A DNA stretch of 64,000 nt from Candidatus Cloacimonadales bacterium (GCA_965140615.1 OZ223280.1:1075555-1139554); one strand, 5' to 3'. Positions 1 through 10,197 are shown, counted from the stretch's first letter. The notes: generated by a model not told the origin, from the sequence alone. Translations and numbers: made by a program.

Positions 1-1109
1 AGGTTATTCGGCAGGCAGACCTTGTCTTGCTGGTGGTGGATGCCAAAGTAGGGCTTTTGCCTGTAGAGCGGAAGATAGCCAAACTTTTGCAAGGTAAAGA
101 GACTTTGGTCATCGCTAATAAATGCGACTCTGAGTTGGATGAAACGCAAGTTTACGAGTTTTTGGCTTTAGGGCTAGGTGAGCCACAGCTAGTGTCTGCC
201 AAGCTAAATAGGGGCACACGCTTGTTGCTGGACAAAGTAGCAGACATCGCAGGAGTGAGGGTAAATAGCAGTGAAGAAAAAGATAAGCTGAGAAATAAAA
301 TCAGATTTAGCATAGTGGGGCGACCCAATGTGGGCAAATCGAGTTTACTGAACAAGATTTTTGGGCAGGAGCTTTCCATAGTTAGCCCCATCTCGGGTAC
401 TACGAGGGATTCTATTGGTAGCGATATTACCTACGATGGACGCGATATACACTTCGTGGATACAGCTGGTTTGCGACGGAAGAGTCGTGTGAAGTACGGA
501 GTGGAGTACTTTAGCACGCAGAAGGCGATAGCCACCATCATCTCTAGCGATGTGGTTATTTTTGTCTTGGATGCGACAGAAAATTTTTCCAATCAAGACC
601 AGAAGATAGGATCTTTTGCCAAGAACCATTACAAAAACATCTTGGTGGTGGTGAATAAGTGGGATTTGGTGGAAAAGGACAATCGCTCTTTCGACGAGTT
701 CAAAAAGCGGGCTTTCAAGTTTTTTCGCTTCTTGGACGATTGCCCGATTATCTTTACCTCGGCTTTTACTGGTCAGCGGGTGAATAAGATACTGCAAGAG
801 GGTATCGCTTTGTATGACCGCAGTTGTAGCCGTGTGCCTACTGCTAAGCTAAATATAGCTTTGAAAGATTGGTTGGTAAAGTTTCCTCCCAGTCGTTCAT
901 CTGGTAAGCTGGTGAAGATATTTTATGCGACTCAGGTGCAATCTTGCCCGATCAAGTTGGTGTTTGTTTGTTCAAATCCCGACAATATAAGTGCAGCATA
1001 CAAAGGTTATTTACTTAACAATTTTAAAAAAGATTTTGATATTAAAGGCGTAAATGCTAAGTTGATATTTAGACAAAGAGGTAAAAATGATAAACTCGAT
1101 GATGAATAA
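1..1109 (+). CDS. der: GTPase Der/EngA, 5'-truncated by the window edge. The frame is open from nt 3; nt 27 is only the first in-window Met.
   Basis: The second GTPase domain has the P-loop GRPNVGKSSLLNKI, DTAGLRRK and NKWDL, followed by a KH-like C-terminus. The reading frame continues to the left window edge. Confidence 0.9.
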   Translation, partial: VIRQADLVLLVVDAKVGLLPVERKIAKLLQGKETLVIANKCDSELDETQVYEFLALGLGEPQLVSAKLNRGTRLLLDKVADIAGVRVNSSEEKDKLRNKIRFSIVGRPNVGKSSLLNKIFGQELSIVSPISGTTRDSIGSDITYDGRDIHFVDTAGLRRKSRVKYGVEYFSTQKAIATIISSDVVIFVLDATENFSNQDQKIGSFAKNHYKNILVVVNKWDLVEKDNRSFDEFKKRAFKFFRFLDDCPIIFTSAFTGQRVNKILQEGIALYDRSCSRVPTAKLNIALKDWLVKFPPSRSSGKLVKIFYATQVQSCPIKLVFVCSNPDNISAAYKGYLLNNFKKDFDIKGVNAKLIFRQRGKNDKLDDE

Positions 1110-1725
1110 TGTAGTTTGGATATTTTTAGCAGGCTATCTTATCGGCAGTATCCCGAGTGGTTATTTGGCAGGTAAGATTTTCAAAAAAATAGATATTCGT
1201 AAATTTGGCAGTGGCAATATCGGTACGACCAATGTTTTTCGCACTTTGGGTTGGAAGTTCGGGTTGGCTGTGTTTCTGGCAGATTTCTTCAAGGCTTTTG
1301 CTTTTGTGCAGGTTGCCAAATGGTTCTATTTTTCGCAACAACCTTTCTTGCTAATTTTGGCAGCTTTTTTGTTGATAGTCGGCAATATTTTTCCCGTTTT
1401 TCTAAAGTTTAAAGGAGGCAAAGGAGTGGCAAGCAGTGCTGGGCTGTTTGTGGGACTGTGTCCATTTGCTTTTTTGCTAGCTTTTGTGGTGTTTTTTTTA
1501 GCAGTTTATTTTACGCGATATGTTTCGTCGGGATCACTCTTGGCTACGGTTACTCTGTTTCTGACAAACTTGTACTTCTATTTGCAAGGGGACAAATCTT
1601 TGCTGGCTGTCTTGATTTTAACGGGCGTAATTATGGTGTTTATTTGGTGGAAACATCTGGCTAATATAAAAAGAATTTTGAATGGAACTGAAAACAGATT
1701 GGGAAAGAAAAAAGAAGAAGTATGA
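1087..1725 (+). CDS. plsY: Glycerol-3-phosphate acyltransferase PlsY. The start is uncertain (1087, 1099 or 1102) and overlaps the der stop.
   Basis: FGSGNIGTTNVFRTLG motif, a polytopic hydrophobic protein, about 210 aa. Confidence 0.9.
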   Translation: MINSMMNNVVWIFLAGYLIGSIPSGYLAGKIFKKIDIRKFGSGNIGTTNVFRTLGWKFGLAVFLADFFKAFAFVQVAKWFYFSQQPFLLILAAFLLIVGNIFPVFLKFKGGKGVASSAGLFVGLCPFAFLLAFVVFFLAVYFTRYVSSGSLLATVTLFLTNLYFYLQGDKSLLAVLILTGVIMVFIWWKHLANIKRILNGTENRLGKKKEEV

Positions 1726-2711
1726 AAAATTTGAAAAAGTTATTGGGGAAGTTCGCTGGTAAGAAAATAGCAGTTTTTGGCGATTTGATGGTTGACCATT
1801 ATGTAAGAGGCTGTGTGAACAGGATATCTCCTGAAGCTCCGATACCTGTGGTGGATGTGCAAGATGAGAGCTATAGCCTTGGTGGTGCTGCCAATGTGGT
1901 GGCAAATATAGAGTCGCTAGGTGCAGAACCGTTGATGTTTGGAGTGTATGGGCAAGATATCGCAGGGCAAAAACTTTGTGAAGTTTTAGCCCAGAAAAAC
2001 ATCTCTACACATTATTTGCTCTTAGTCAAAAACCGTCCTACGACTCTTAAAACCAGAGTACTTGCTGCTAACCAGCAGATGGTACGGATAGATTTTGAAA
2101 ACAAAACTTTTATAGAAAAGGAGTTGGTGCAGCAAGTATTGACGAAGTTTGAGAAAGTAGCTAGTGAGTGTGTCGGGGTAATTTTGGAAGATTACAATAA
2201 AGGATTTTTGAGTGCTGAGCTAATCGAGGGCGTTATCAAGATTGCCAAGAAGCATAGCGTGCCTGTGAGTGTAGATCCCAAATTTTTGAACTTTGCTTCT
2301 TACAAAGGTGTTAGCGTCTTCAAGCCCAATTTGGTAGAGTTCTGTGCTTTGGCGGGTGTGCAAGCAGTGGCAGAAGATTTTCATGCGAAAGCGTGGCAAA
2401 TGGTGGAAAATTTGCAATGTGAATATTTAATAATTACCAGAGGTCGTGAGGGGTTGTCTATCTATCAAAAAGGGCAAAACAAGGTGGTGAATATTCCCAC
2501 ATTTGCTCAAAATGTTTACGATGTGTGTGGTGCAGGAGATGCGGTGATTAGTTCTTTGGCGTTGGCTTTGGGTAGTGGGGCGGACATTGTGCAAGCAGCT
2601 CAAATAGCAAATCACGCAGCAGGAGTAGTTTGCGGGCGTGTGGGTGTGGTGAATGTCAGCAGGCAGGAGATAATAGACTCCTTCGCCCAATGGGAGATGA
2701 GCTTAGATTAG
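1722..2711 (+). CDS. PfkB-family sugar kinase resembling the kinase domain of HldE/RfaE (D-beta-D-heptose 7-phosphate kinase)
   Basis: 329 aa. The C-terminal DVCGAGDAVISSLALAL motif is PfkB-type and the N-terminus (FGDLMVDHY) is typical of the RfaE domain I family. ATGA overlap with the plsY stop. Confidence 0.75.
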   Translation: MKNLKKLLGKFAGKKIAVFGDLMVDHYVRGCVNRISPEAPIPVVDVQDESYSLGGAANVVANIESLGAEPLMFGVYGQDIAGQKLCEVLAQKNISTHYLLLVKNRPTTLKTRVLAANQQMVRIDFENKTFIEKELVQQVLTKFEKVASECVGVILEDYNKGFLSAELIEGVIKIAKKHSVPVSVDPKFLNFASYKGVSVFKPNLVEFCALAGVQAVAEDFHAKAWQMVENLQCEYLIITRGREGLSIYQKGQNKVVNIPTFAQNVYDVCGAGDAVISSLALALGSGADIVQAAQIANHAAGVVCGRVGVVNVSRQEIIDSFAQWEMSLD

Positions 2712-2884
2712 AAGCGATTGCCTACTTTAATAGTTGACAATCGTCTCAGGGTAAAAAGTTTGCTCTAAAACGATAGAAAATTGGCTGACGAGATTTTACT
2801 CGTAAGACTCGTACAGCGGATGATGAAAAAACGGTTAAACAGTTTGATAAGGACTTGATCTGAAAACAAGGCAGGTACCTGAAA

Positions 2885-3598
2885 GTGAACAAAAAAAATC
2901 TCTATGGCATCGTAGGCTCTGGGCAGATGGCGAAGCATTTTTGCCACTATCTGAGTTTGAGCGATGTTTCTTATGTTACTTGGAGTCGCAACGCAGACAA
3001 AGGCTTGAGCCCTTTTGAAAAGTTGCAAGACGCTAAGGTGGTGCTATTGCTAATCAGTGATAGTGCGATAGCCTCTTTCTTAGAGCAATATCCGCAGTTG
3101 AAAAAGCTTAATCTTGTTCATTTTTCGGGAAGCGTCTTTCTGGAGGGTGTCCCTTCTTATCATCCTTTGATGAGCTTTGCGAAGGGGCTTTACTCACTGC
3201 AAGAGTACCAAAAAATCCCATTTATTTTTGAGAAAGGCAAGCCCGCTTTTGGCGAGGTTTTCTCCGAGTTGCCCAATCCATCTTTTGCTCTGGATAAAGC
3301 AGATAAACCATTGTATCACGCTCTGTGTGTACTTAGTGGCAACTTTACGGTGATGCTCTGGCAAAAAGTTTTTCGCGAGTTTGCTCAGCGGTTTTCGTTT
3401 AGTCCGAAAATATTATTACCTTATATGCACAAAATTTGTCAAAATCTGAGTGGTGATTGGGAGGAAGCTTTAAGCGGACCTTTGGCACGAGGCGATGAGC
3501 AGACCATTGCTAAAAATTTAAAATCTTTGCAAGGGGACGCTTTTGCAGATGTGTACCGTGCTTTTGTGCAGACATTAGAAAAAGGAGGAAAAGAATGA
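2885..3598 (+). CDS. Rossmann-fold plus DUF2520-type oxidoreductase. It is a candidate ketopantoate reductase from its position at the head of the pan operon.
   Basis: GTG start. N-terminal GIVGSGQMA dinucleotide-binding loop and C-terminal GPLARGDEQT (the ARGD signature I associate with DUF2520). The stop overlaps the panB start. Confidence 0.65.
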   Translation: MNKKNLYGIVGSGQMAKHFCHYLSLSDVSYVTWSRNADKGLSPFEKLQDAKVVLLLISDSAIASFLEQYPQLKKLNLVHFSGSVFLEGVPSYHPLMSFAKGLYSLQEYQKIPFIFEKGKPAFGEVFSELPNPSFALDKADKPLYHALCVLSGNFTVMLWQKVFREFAQRFSFSPKILLPYMHKICQNLSGDWEEALSGPLARGDEQTIAKNLKSLQGDAFADVYRAFVQTLEKGGKE

Positions 3599-4380
3599 AT
3601 GTTTTGAATTTTGCGAAAATGAAGAAGAAAGGAGATATTATCTCGATGGTAACCGCTTATGATAGCACGAGTGCTGCTATTGTGCAAGCGTCGGATATAG
3701 ACTGCATATTGGTGGGGGACTCGTTGGCGATGACGATGTATGGCTATAAGAGCACTCTGGAGGCGAGCCTGCAGATGATGTGTTTGCATATAGCCGCTGT
3801 TCGTAGAGGAGCACCCGATGCGTTCATCGTGGGCGATATGCCGTTTTTGAGCTATCGCAAGGGACTTACATCGGCGATGGATGCTGTGCAAGCGATAATG
3901 CAAGCTGGGGCGAATGCTGTGAAGCTAGAGGGAGTGGTGGGCAGTCAGTCGGTTATCTCCCATATCGTGGACTCTGGTGTGCCTGTGATGGGGCATCTGG
4001 GGCTAGTACCGCAGTCGGTGAACAGCTTGGGCGGTTATAGGGTGCAAGGTAAGGGAAAATCTCAAGAAGAGGTTCTACTTCAGCAATCGTTGGAATTACA
4101 AGAGCTTGGCTGTTTTTCGCTGGTGTTGGAGTGTGTGCCAGCTAGTGTAGGCAATTTGGTATCACAGCAATTACAAATTCCCACTATTGGCATCGGTGCT
4201 GGCAATGGTTGCGATGGTCAAGTGCTGGTTTGGCAAGATTTATTGGGAATGAACACTCAGTTTCAACCGAAATTTGTGCGAAAATATTTGGAAGGAGCAA
4301 AGTTGATGAAAGAGGCTTTAAACAGTTTTAACAAGGATGTGAAGAGCAAAAATTTTCCATCTCAAGATGAGGAGTTTTGA
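3595..4380 (+). CDS. panB: 3-methyl-2-oxobutanoate hydroxymethyltransferase
   Basis: VTAYDSTSAAIV and VGDSLAMTMYGY motifs, 261 aa. Confidence 0.93.
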   Translation: MNVLNFAKMKKKGDIISMVTAYDSTSAAIVQASDIDCILVGDSLAMTMYGYKSTLEASLQMMCLHIAAVRRGAPDAFIVGDMPFLSYRKGLTSAMDAVQAIMQAGANAVKLEGVVGSQSVISHIVDSGVPVMGHLGLVPQSVNSLGGYRVQGKGKSQEEVLLQQSLELQELGCFSLVLECVPASVGNLVSQQLQIPTIGIGAGNGCDGQVLVWQDLLGMNTQFQPKFVRKYLEGAKLMKEALNSFNKDVKSKNFPSQDEEF

Positions 4381-5135
4381 TGCAAGAGGTCAAATCTATC
4401 TGTCAGTGGCGTGAGATTTTTCGCAATTTGCCAGACAAAAGCGTGGGTTTCGTGCCAACGATGGGATTTTTGCATGAGGGTCATATTAGTTTGGTAGAGC
4501 GTGCAAAAGCGGAGAACGAGATCACGGCGGTGTCGATTTTTGTCAATCCTACGCAGTTCAATAATCAAGAAGATTTGCAAAATTACCCTGTGAGTATAGC
4601 GGACGATAAAGAAAAATTGCTTGAATTAGGTGTAGATTATTTGCTTTTACCAGATTATCAGGAGCTTTATTGCGATGGTTACAGGTACAAGGTCAGCGAA
4701 ACCAGCTATTCGCAAGAATTGTGTGGAGCTACTCGTCCGGGGCATTTTGACGGAGTGCTAACGGTGGTGCTGAAACTTTTGAATATTACTAAAGCCACTC
4801 GAGCTTATTTTGGGCAGAAGGATTGGCAACAGTTCCAGTTGGTCAAGGGGATGGTAAAGGCGTTTTTTTTGGACACGCAAGTTGTAGGATGTCCGACTGT
4901 GCGGGAGAGTAGCGGACTTGCTTTGAGCTCTCGCAACAAATTATTAAGTGAGAAAGATAAGCGGATAGCACCACTCTTATACGAGATTATTAGCAAAAAG
5001 CTACCCATCGCAGAAAAGAGAAAGCTTCTGAAAGAAAGTGGATTTGTGGTTGACTATTTGACCCAAAAAGAGGGAAGAGTTTTTGTGGCGGCTTTCCTAG
5101 GTAAAGTGAGGTTAATAGACAATGTCCCCATCTAA
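4380..5135 (+). CDS. panC: Pantoate--beta-alanine ligase
   Basis: VPTMGFLHEGHISLV (HIGH-type) motif. The ATG at 4380 overlaps the panB TGA; the ORF track starts 3 nt earlier at a TTG. Confidence 0.93.
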   Translation: MQEVKSICQWREIFRNLPDKSVGFVPTMGFLHEGHISLVERAKAENEITAVSIFVNPTQFNNQEDLQNYPVSIADDKEKLLELGVDYLLLPDYQELYCDGYRYKVSETSYSQELCGATRPGHFDGVLTVVLKLLNITKATRAYFGQKDWQQFQLVKGMVKAFFLDTQVVGCPTVRESSGLALSSRNKLLSEKDKRIAPLLYEIISKKLPIAEKRKLLKESGFVVDYLTQKEGRVFVAAFLGKVRLIDNVPI

Positions 5136-5658
5136 AATATTAGTGTGTGTGAGCGGCTCGATAGCGGCGTACAAGTCGGCAGAGCTAGTCTCATTGCTGA
5201 AGAAAAGCGGGTGTGAGGTAAAAGTGGTGGCGACAGACGGTGCTTTGCAGTTTATCGGCAAGGCCACGCTGGAAGCTCTCTCTGGGCATCAACTTTACAC
5301 GCAGATGTTTGCCACCTCGCAAAAGATACATCATATAAATCTGGTAAAATGGGCAGATTTAATTGTGCTTTATCCAGCTTCGGCCAGCACTTTGGGGCGT
5401 TTGCGTCTTGGTTTGGCAGAAGATCTGCTTACCGCTTGTTTTGTGGCAAATAATTTCATCAAGCCGTATCTGATAGCTCCATCGATGAATGTGAATATGT
5501 ACGAGCATCCAGCAGTGCAAGACAATCTGAAAACCTTGCGTAGTTGGGGAGCACGGGTGATAGAGCCAGCTTCGGGGACTTTGGCGTGTGGTACTGCAGG
5601 CAAAGGCAGAGCACCAGAGCCAGCTGAGATTTTGAAGATTATCAAGGAGAATTTGTGA
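5122..5658 (+). CDS. coaC: Phosphopantothenoylcysteine decarboxylase (stand-alone flavoprotein domain)
   Basis: ILVCVSGSIAAYKSAELV and PASASTLGRL motifs, 178 aa. Confidence 0.85.
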   Translation: MSPSKILVCVSGSIAAYKSAELVSLLKKSGCEVKVVATDGALQFIGKATLEALSGHQLYTQMFATSQKIHHINLVKWADLIVLYPASASTLGRLRLGLAEDLLTACFVANNFIKPYLIAPSMNVNMYEHPAVQDNLKTLRSWGARVIEPASGTLACGTAGKGRAPEPAEILKIIKENL

Positions 5659-6335
5659 AGATATTGGTAACCGCTGGAGCGACACGCGAACCTATCGACG
5701 GCGTGCGTTTCCTGACCAACTTCGCCACTGGCAAGACAGCAAGCGTGCTAGCCGACCACTTCGCAGAGCAAGGAACACAAGTGGTGTACCTGCACGCAGT
5801 GGGGGCGATAATGCCCAGCAGACCTGTAAAGAGCGTACAGTTCTCCACATTTGCCGATCTGGATGCAAAGCTACACACGCACTTGCAGGCGGGCGAGTGC
5901 GATGCAGTGGTGCATTTGGCAGCTGTAGGCGACTATGCCCTAGAGCATATTGAGCTATCCGATGGTAGCATCGCCTCTACTGGGGCGATAGCCGGCAAGT
6001 TGGACTCATCGCAGAGCATCAAGTTGCAGATGCGACGAAACCACAAGATACTGCCTTTGCTGAAGTCATACGCAGGTGGTGGCAAGCAACCCTTTGTTGT
6101 CGGTTTCAAGCTGACCAGATGTGCCACATCCGAGCAAATCTGTCAGAAGGTGGCAAAGATTTGGCAAGCAGGGGGTGTGGACTTGGTGGTGCACAACGCT
6201 AAAGAGCAGATAACGGCTAGTTGCCATCCAGCCACCTTTTATGCAAGCGATGGCAAAGTGCTGGCACGCACGGCAAGCAAAGGGGAGCTAGCAGAAAAAT
6301 TGTACAAGATAATAGAAGGAGAGCTAAAAAGATGA
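5655..6335 (+). CDS. coaB: Phosphopantothenate--cysteine ligase (stand-alone)
   Basis: ILVTAGATREPIDGVRFLTNFATGK motif. GTGA start/stop overlap with coaC. Confidence 0.85.
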   Translation: MKILVTAGATREPIDGVRFLTNFATGKTASVLADHFAEQGTQVVYLHAVGAIMPSRPVKSVQFSTFADLDAKLHTHLQAGECDAVVHLAAVGDYALEHIELSDGSIASTGAIAGKLDSSQSIKLQMRRNHKILPLLKSYAGGGKQPFVVGFKLTRCATSEQICQKVAKIWQAGGVDLVVHNAKEQITASCHPATFYASDGKVLARTASKGELAEKLYKIIEGELKR

Positions 6336-7102
6336 AGTTGTGCTTAGATTTTGGCAATTCGCAACTTTTGGGAGGATTTGTAAAGGGGCGAGAGATTTTA
6401 TTCCGTTTTCGTAAAGATATGAGCAAGAGTATCTCCTCGGATGAGATGGGGATTTTTTTGAGAGAGGTAATCAGGGAAAACGGCTACGAGCCAAGTACGG
6501 TGAAGAAGATTGTTTTTTGCAGTGTTACTCCCGAGGTGAACCACGCCGTGAAAAACAGCTGTCAAAACTACTTCCAGATAACTCCGCTGGCTCTGGAGCC
6601 GGGCGTGAAAACGGGCTTGCAGATAAAGTACGCCAACCCTGCGGAAGTGGGGGCTGATAGGATAGCTGGGGCTTTGGGAGCGAGTCAGGCTTATCCCGAG
6701 GCGAACATCATCATCGTTGATATGGGCACAGCCACGACTTTCGATGTTTTGACCAAACGAAAGGAGTACCTCGGCGGAGTAATTACCCCGGGAATGTCTA
6801 TCGCTATGCAATCTTTGGAACAGCACACGGCAAAATTGCCTAAGGTGGAGATAGTACGCCCAAGGTGCGTGTGCGGAAAGTCAACGGTGCAGAGCATCCA
6901 AGCAGGTTTGTATTTTGGCAACTTGGGAGCAATCCGCGAGATTTGTGGCGAGATTGCCAAGAGTTGCTTTGCCGATGAGGAAGTTTTGATTTTGGGCACT
7001 GGCGGATTTTCTGGGTTGTTTGCAGATGAGGGCGTGTTCGACCGAGTGAATAAAGACTTGGTATTGGAAGGACTTATAAAATTGGAGGAGTTGAATAGAT
7101 GA
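6332..7102 (+). CDS. coaX: Type III pantothenate kinase
   Basis: [18 protein letters not shown] and [11 protein letters not shown] motifs. The ATG at 6332 overlaps the coaB TGA; the track ORF from 6221 is an upstream extension inside coaB. Confidence 0.9.
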   Translation: MKLCLDFGNSQLLGGFVKGREILFRFRKDMSKSISSDEMGIFLREVIRENGYEPSTVKKIVFCSVTPEVNHAVKNSCQNYFQITPLALEPGVKTGLQIKYANPAEVGADRIAGALGASQAYPEANIIIVDMGTATTFDVLTKRKEYLGGVITPGMSIAMQSLEQHTAKLPKVEIVRPRCVCGKSTVQSIQAGLYFGNLGAIREICGEIAKSCFADEEVLILGTGGFSGLFADEGVFDRVNKDLVLEGLIKLEELNR

Positions 7103-7440
7103 TGGTAGAGATGTTGAAAGCTAAATTGCACAGAGCCACGGTAACGGATGCGGATTTGAATTATGAAGGCTCTGTCTCGATAGACACCAAGCTCTGCAAG
7201 GCGGCAGGACTGCTGATGAACGAGAAGGTGGATGTGCTGAATATAGACAACGGTGCGAGGTTCTCCACCTATGTGATAGCTGGCAAAGATGGCGAAATCT
7301 GCTTGAACGGAGCCGCAGCAAGGCTGGTGCAAAAAGGGGACAAGGTGATAATCGTCGCTTATTGCCACATGGACGAGCAGGAAGCCAAAACTCACCAGCC
7401 GAAAGTGGTGCATCTGGATGCGAAAAATCGGGTGAGATAA
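7099..7440 (+). CDS. panD: Aspartate 1-decarboxylase
   Basis: [25 protein letters not shown], including the Gly-Ser self-processing site. 113 aa. Confidence 0.92.
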   Translation: MMVEMLKAKLHRATVTDADLNYEGSVSIDTKLCKAAGLLMNEKVDVLNIDNGARFSTYVIAGKDGEICLNGAAARLVQKGDKVIIVAYCHMDEQEAKTHQPKVVHLDAKNRVR

Positions 7441-7550
7441 ACAAGAGCTTTTGCACAGTTACAGAGATGGCAAGGCAGTTTTTGTTTGACAGCAGCTCTC
7501 ACCAAATAAAGTGAGTTTGAAGTAATTATTTGAAAATTAAGGAGATTATT

Positions 7551-7742
7551 ATGCGTTTAATTTTAGCACTTTTGTTACCATGGCTACAGTTTTTTACCAT
7601 TGGCAAACCGATTTCAGGGTTTGTGTGTTTGCTTTTGCAAATAACGATTATTGGGTGGATACCAGCTACCATTTGGTCGGTTTACGCTCTTTCGCAGTAC
7701 AAAACAGATCAAAAAATTGCCTTGGCAAACCCAAACAGATAA
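7551..7742 (+). CDS. Small two-TM membrane protein (63 aa), family not securely recognised
   Basis: The ATG at 7551 lies 6 nt after AAGGAG. There are two hydrophobic helices (LILALLLPWLQFF, VCLLLQITIIGWIPATIW). Confidence 0.5.
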   Translation: MRLILALLLPWLQFFTIGKPISGFVCLLLQITIIGWIPATIWSVYALSQYKTDQKIALANPNR

Positions 7743-7888
7743 AAATTTTAATATTATACGGTTATGCTTTTTGAATTGTCCCTGCAAAATATTTTGGCTA
7801 AAAGTGCTAGACAAATTTTAGCGACCCTTTTTTTGAAGGGAACAAATTTTAAACTACAAAAACTAAAAAGTATATAAAGGAGTATGAA

Positions 7889-10141
7889 ATGAATGTGATC
7901 CCCAATTTATGGTATCTGGCACCTGCAGGTGCTTTGATTGCACTTATTTTTGCATATGTGATTTTCTTAGGTGTGAAAAAAATGCCTGCTGGAAATGAGA
8001 AGATGGAGATGATAGCAAAGCATGTCCGCGAAGGGTCTTTTGCATATTTGAAGCAACAATATAAGGGCGTGGCAATCTTTTTTGCGATCGCTTTTGTTGT
8101 TTTCAATATTATGGCTTGGGGAATGCATGTTTTGCACCCTTTGGTGCCTTGGGCTTTCTTGACTGGTGGCATCCTCAGTGGACTGGCTGGATTTTTCGGA
8201 ATGAACACCGCGACCATCGCCTCTGTAAAAACGGTGCAAGCTGCTACTAAAAGTATGGACTCAGCCCTAAAGGTGGCTTTCCGTGCTGGTGGCGTGATGG
8301 GTCTTGTGGTTGTGGGCTTGGCACTGGCAGACATTTGTGCCAAGTTCTTCGCTCTGAACTATCTTGGCTTCGATTTGCAGACTATCACCACAATAATGCT
8401 CGCCTCGGCAATGGGAGCATCGACTCAAGCACTTTTTGCTCGCTTGGGTGGTGGTATCTACACCAAAGCTGCAGATGTGGGAGCTGACCTTGTGGGTAAA
8501 GTAGAGGCTGGCATCCCAGAGGATGACCCTCGTAACCCTGCTACTATCGCCGACAATGTGGGTGATAATGTGGGTGATGTTGCTGGTATGGGTGCGGATT
8601 TGTACGAGTCTTATACTGGTTCTATTTTGGCTACGGCTATCTTGGGATTTTCGGCTGCTGCCAAGGTTGGTGCTAATGCGATGAACTTCGTGATAGCTCC
8701 GATGGTGCTTGCTGGTGTGGGTGCTATCTTGGCTATCGTAGGTATTTACCTTGTGTCCACCAAAGAGGGTGCGTCTATCAAGGAGTTGATGGCTAGCTTG
8801 AACAAAGGTGTGCATATTAGCTCTTTGTTGATAGTGGTCGCTGCTTACTTCGTAACGGACTTGCTACTACCTGCTGACTTGGCTTTGGGCATCTTCTTCG
8901 CTGCGGTCATCGGTCTTGTCGCTGGCATCATGGTCGGCTACTTCACCGAGAGGTATACCTCCGATGCGTACGCTCCTACTAGGGGCATCGCCGAGCAAGG
9001 CAGTTTCGGTCCAGCTACGGTTATTATCGACGGTCTGGCTGTGGGTATGCAATCTACCTTCGCTTCTGTGCTGGTCATCGTCGTGGCAATCATTGCCGCT
9101 TTCAGTGTCTCTGGTGGCTTCACTCAGATGGAGTTCGGGCTTTACGGTATAGGTTTCGGTGCTGTGGGGATGCTCTCTACCTTGGGAGTTACCTTGGCGA
9201 TGGACGCTTTTGGTCCTATTGCCGATAATGCAGGCGGTAACGCCGAGATGAGTGGACTATCCGAAGAGGTGAGAAAACGCACGGACGCTCTAGACTCTGT
9301 AGGCAATACCACAGCAGCAACAGGCAAAGGTTTTGCCATCGGTTCGGCTGCACTTACTGCCATGGCTCTTTTGGCATCTTACATCGAGCAAATCAGAATT
9401 GGATTTATGGAAATGGGCGTGAAGACGCTCACGGTGGTTTACTCCAGCGGAGTGCGAGAGGTTATCTCTGTTTCCAAGGCTGGCATCGCCGATTTCGTGA
9501 ACTATTACAACATCACCTTGATGAACCCCAAAGTGCTTTGTGGACTGTTTATCGGGGCGATGGTCTCGTTTGTGTTCGCTGCCATGACGATGAAGTCTGT
9601 GGGCAGAGTTGCCGCAGAGATGGTGGCAGAGGTGCGTAGACAGTTCCGAGAGATAGCTGGCATCTTGGAGGGCAAAGCCACTCCAGACTATGCTCGTTGT
9701 GTGGAGATTTCTACCATCGGTGCACAAAAAGAGATGATAGCTCCAGCGATGCTGGGCATCTTGACCCCCATAGTCGTCGGTTTGCTGTTGGGCGTGTCGG
9801 GTGTGATGGGACTCTTGGTCGGTGGCTTGGCTACTGGCTTCTCATTGGCGATAATGATGAACAACGCCGGTGGTGCGTGGGATAACGCCAAGAAGTATAT
9901 CGAGGCTGGTAACAACGGCGGCAAAGGCTCGGACTCGCACAAGGCGTGTGTGGTGGGCGACACCGTAGGCGATCCGTTCAAAGACACCTCTGGTCCATCT
10001 ATCAACATCTTGATAAAGCTTATGTCTATGGTTTCTATCGTGTTTGCAGGGCTTGTGATAGCTTACTCTCCGATGGTTGAGGGGCTTTACAGCCAGACCT
10101 CTGCGGAGAAAGCTACGCTTACGCAGGTTGATGGTAAATAG
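7889..10141 (+). CDS. hppA: Membrane-bound ion-translocating pyrophosphatase
   Basis: GGGIYTKAADVGADLVGKVEAGIPEDDPRNPATIADNVGDNVGDVAGMGADL signature. 750 aa, polytopic. Confidence 0.95.
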   Translation: MNVIPNLWYLAPAGALIALIFAYVIFLGVKKMPAGNEKMEMIAKHVREGSFAYLKQQYKGVAIFFAIAFVVFNIMAWGMHVLHPLVPWAFLTGGILSGLAGFFGMNTATIASVKTVQAATKSMDSALKVAFRAGGVMGLVVVGLALADICAKFFALNYLGFDLQTITTIMLASAMGASTQALFARLGGGIYTKAADVGADLVGKVEAGIPEDDPRNPATIADNVGDNVGDVAGMGADLYESYTGSILATAILGFSAAAKVGANAMNFVIAPMVLAGVGAILAIVGIYLVSTKEGASIKELMASLNKGVHISSLLIVVAAYFVTDLLLPADLALGIFFAAVIGLVAGIMVGYFTERYTSDAYAPTRGIAEQGSFGPATVIIDGLAVGMQSTFASVLVIVVAIIAAFSVSGGFTQMEFGLYGIGFGAVGMLSTLGVTLAMDAFGPIADNAGGNAEMSGLSEEVRKRTDALDSVGNTTAATGKGFAIGSAALTAMALLASYIEQIRIGFMEMGVKTLTVVYSSGVREVISVSKAGIADFVNYYNITLMNPKVLCGLFIGAMVSFVFAAMTMKSVGRVAAEMVAEVRRQFREIAGILEGKATPDYARCVEISTIGAQKEMIAPAMLGILTPIVVGLLLGVSGVMGLLVGGLATGFSLAIMMNNAGGAWDNAKKYIEAGNNGGKGSDSHKACVVGDTVGDPFKDTSGPSINILIKLMSMVSIVFAGLVIAYSPMVEGLYSQTSAEKATLTQVDGK

Positions 10142-10160
10142 CTGGTAACTTTTAAAACTC

Positions 10161-10197
10161 CCCGACTTCGTCTAGATCAGATGAAGTCGGGTTTTTT
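10161..10197 (+). terminator. Intrinsic terminator of hppA
   Basis: The stem cccgacttc (10161-10169) pairs with gaagtcggg (10183-10191) and is followed by TTTTTT. Confidence 0.8.

Noticed and set aside
5122-6335. coaC/coaB as a frameshifted pseudogene of a fused coaBC
   Set aside because: Both halves are full-length with intact motifs. The junction is a clean GTGA stop/start overlap like the other junctions in this operon, and split coaB/coaC genes are known in other bacteria. A sequencing indel cannot be excluded without reads; this is mentioned under the operon finding.
6691-7413. Long antisense ORFs opposite well-supported genes. Examples are 6691-7413, 8267-8815, 12535-13062, 13834-14580, 57241-57819, 57901-58440, 59918-60787, 60824-61348 and 62344-62871.
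   Set aside because: Each lies opposite a gene with clear family motifs (coaX/panD, hppA, lon, thrA-like, bamA, btuF-like). Their translations are His/Arg/Leu/Gln-rich and motif-free, which is typical of frame -1/-2 shadows.
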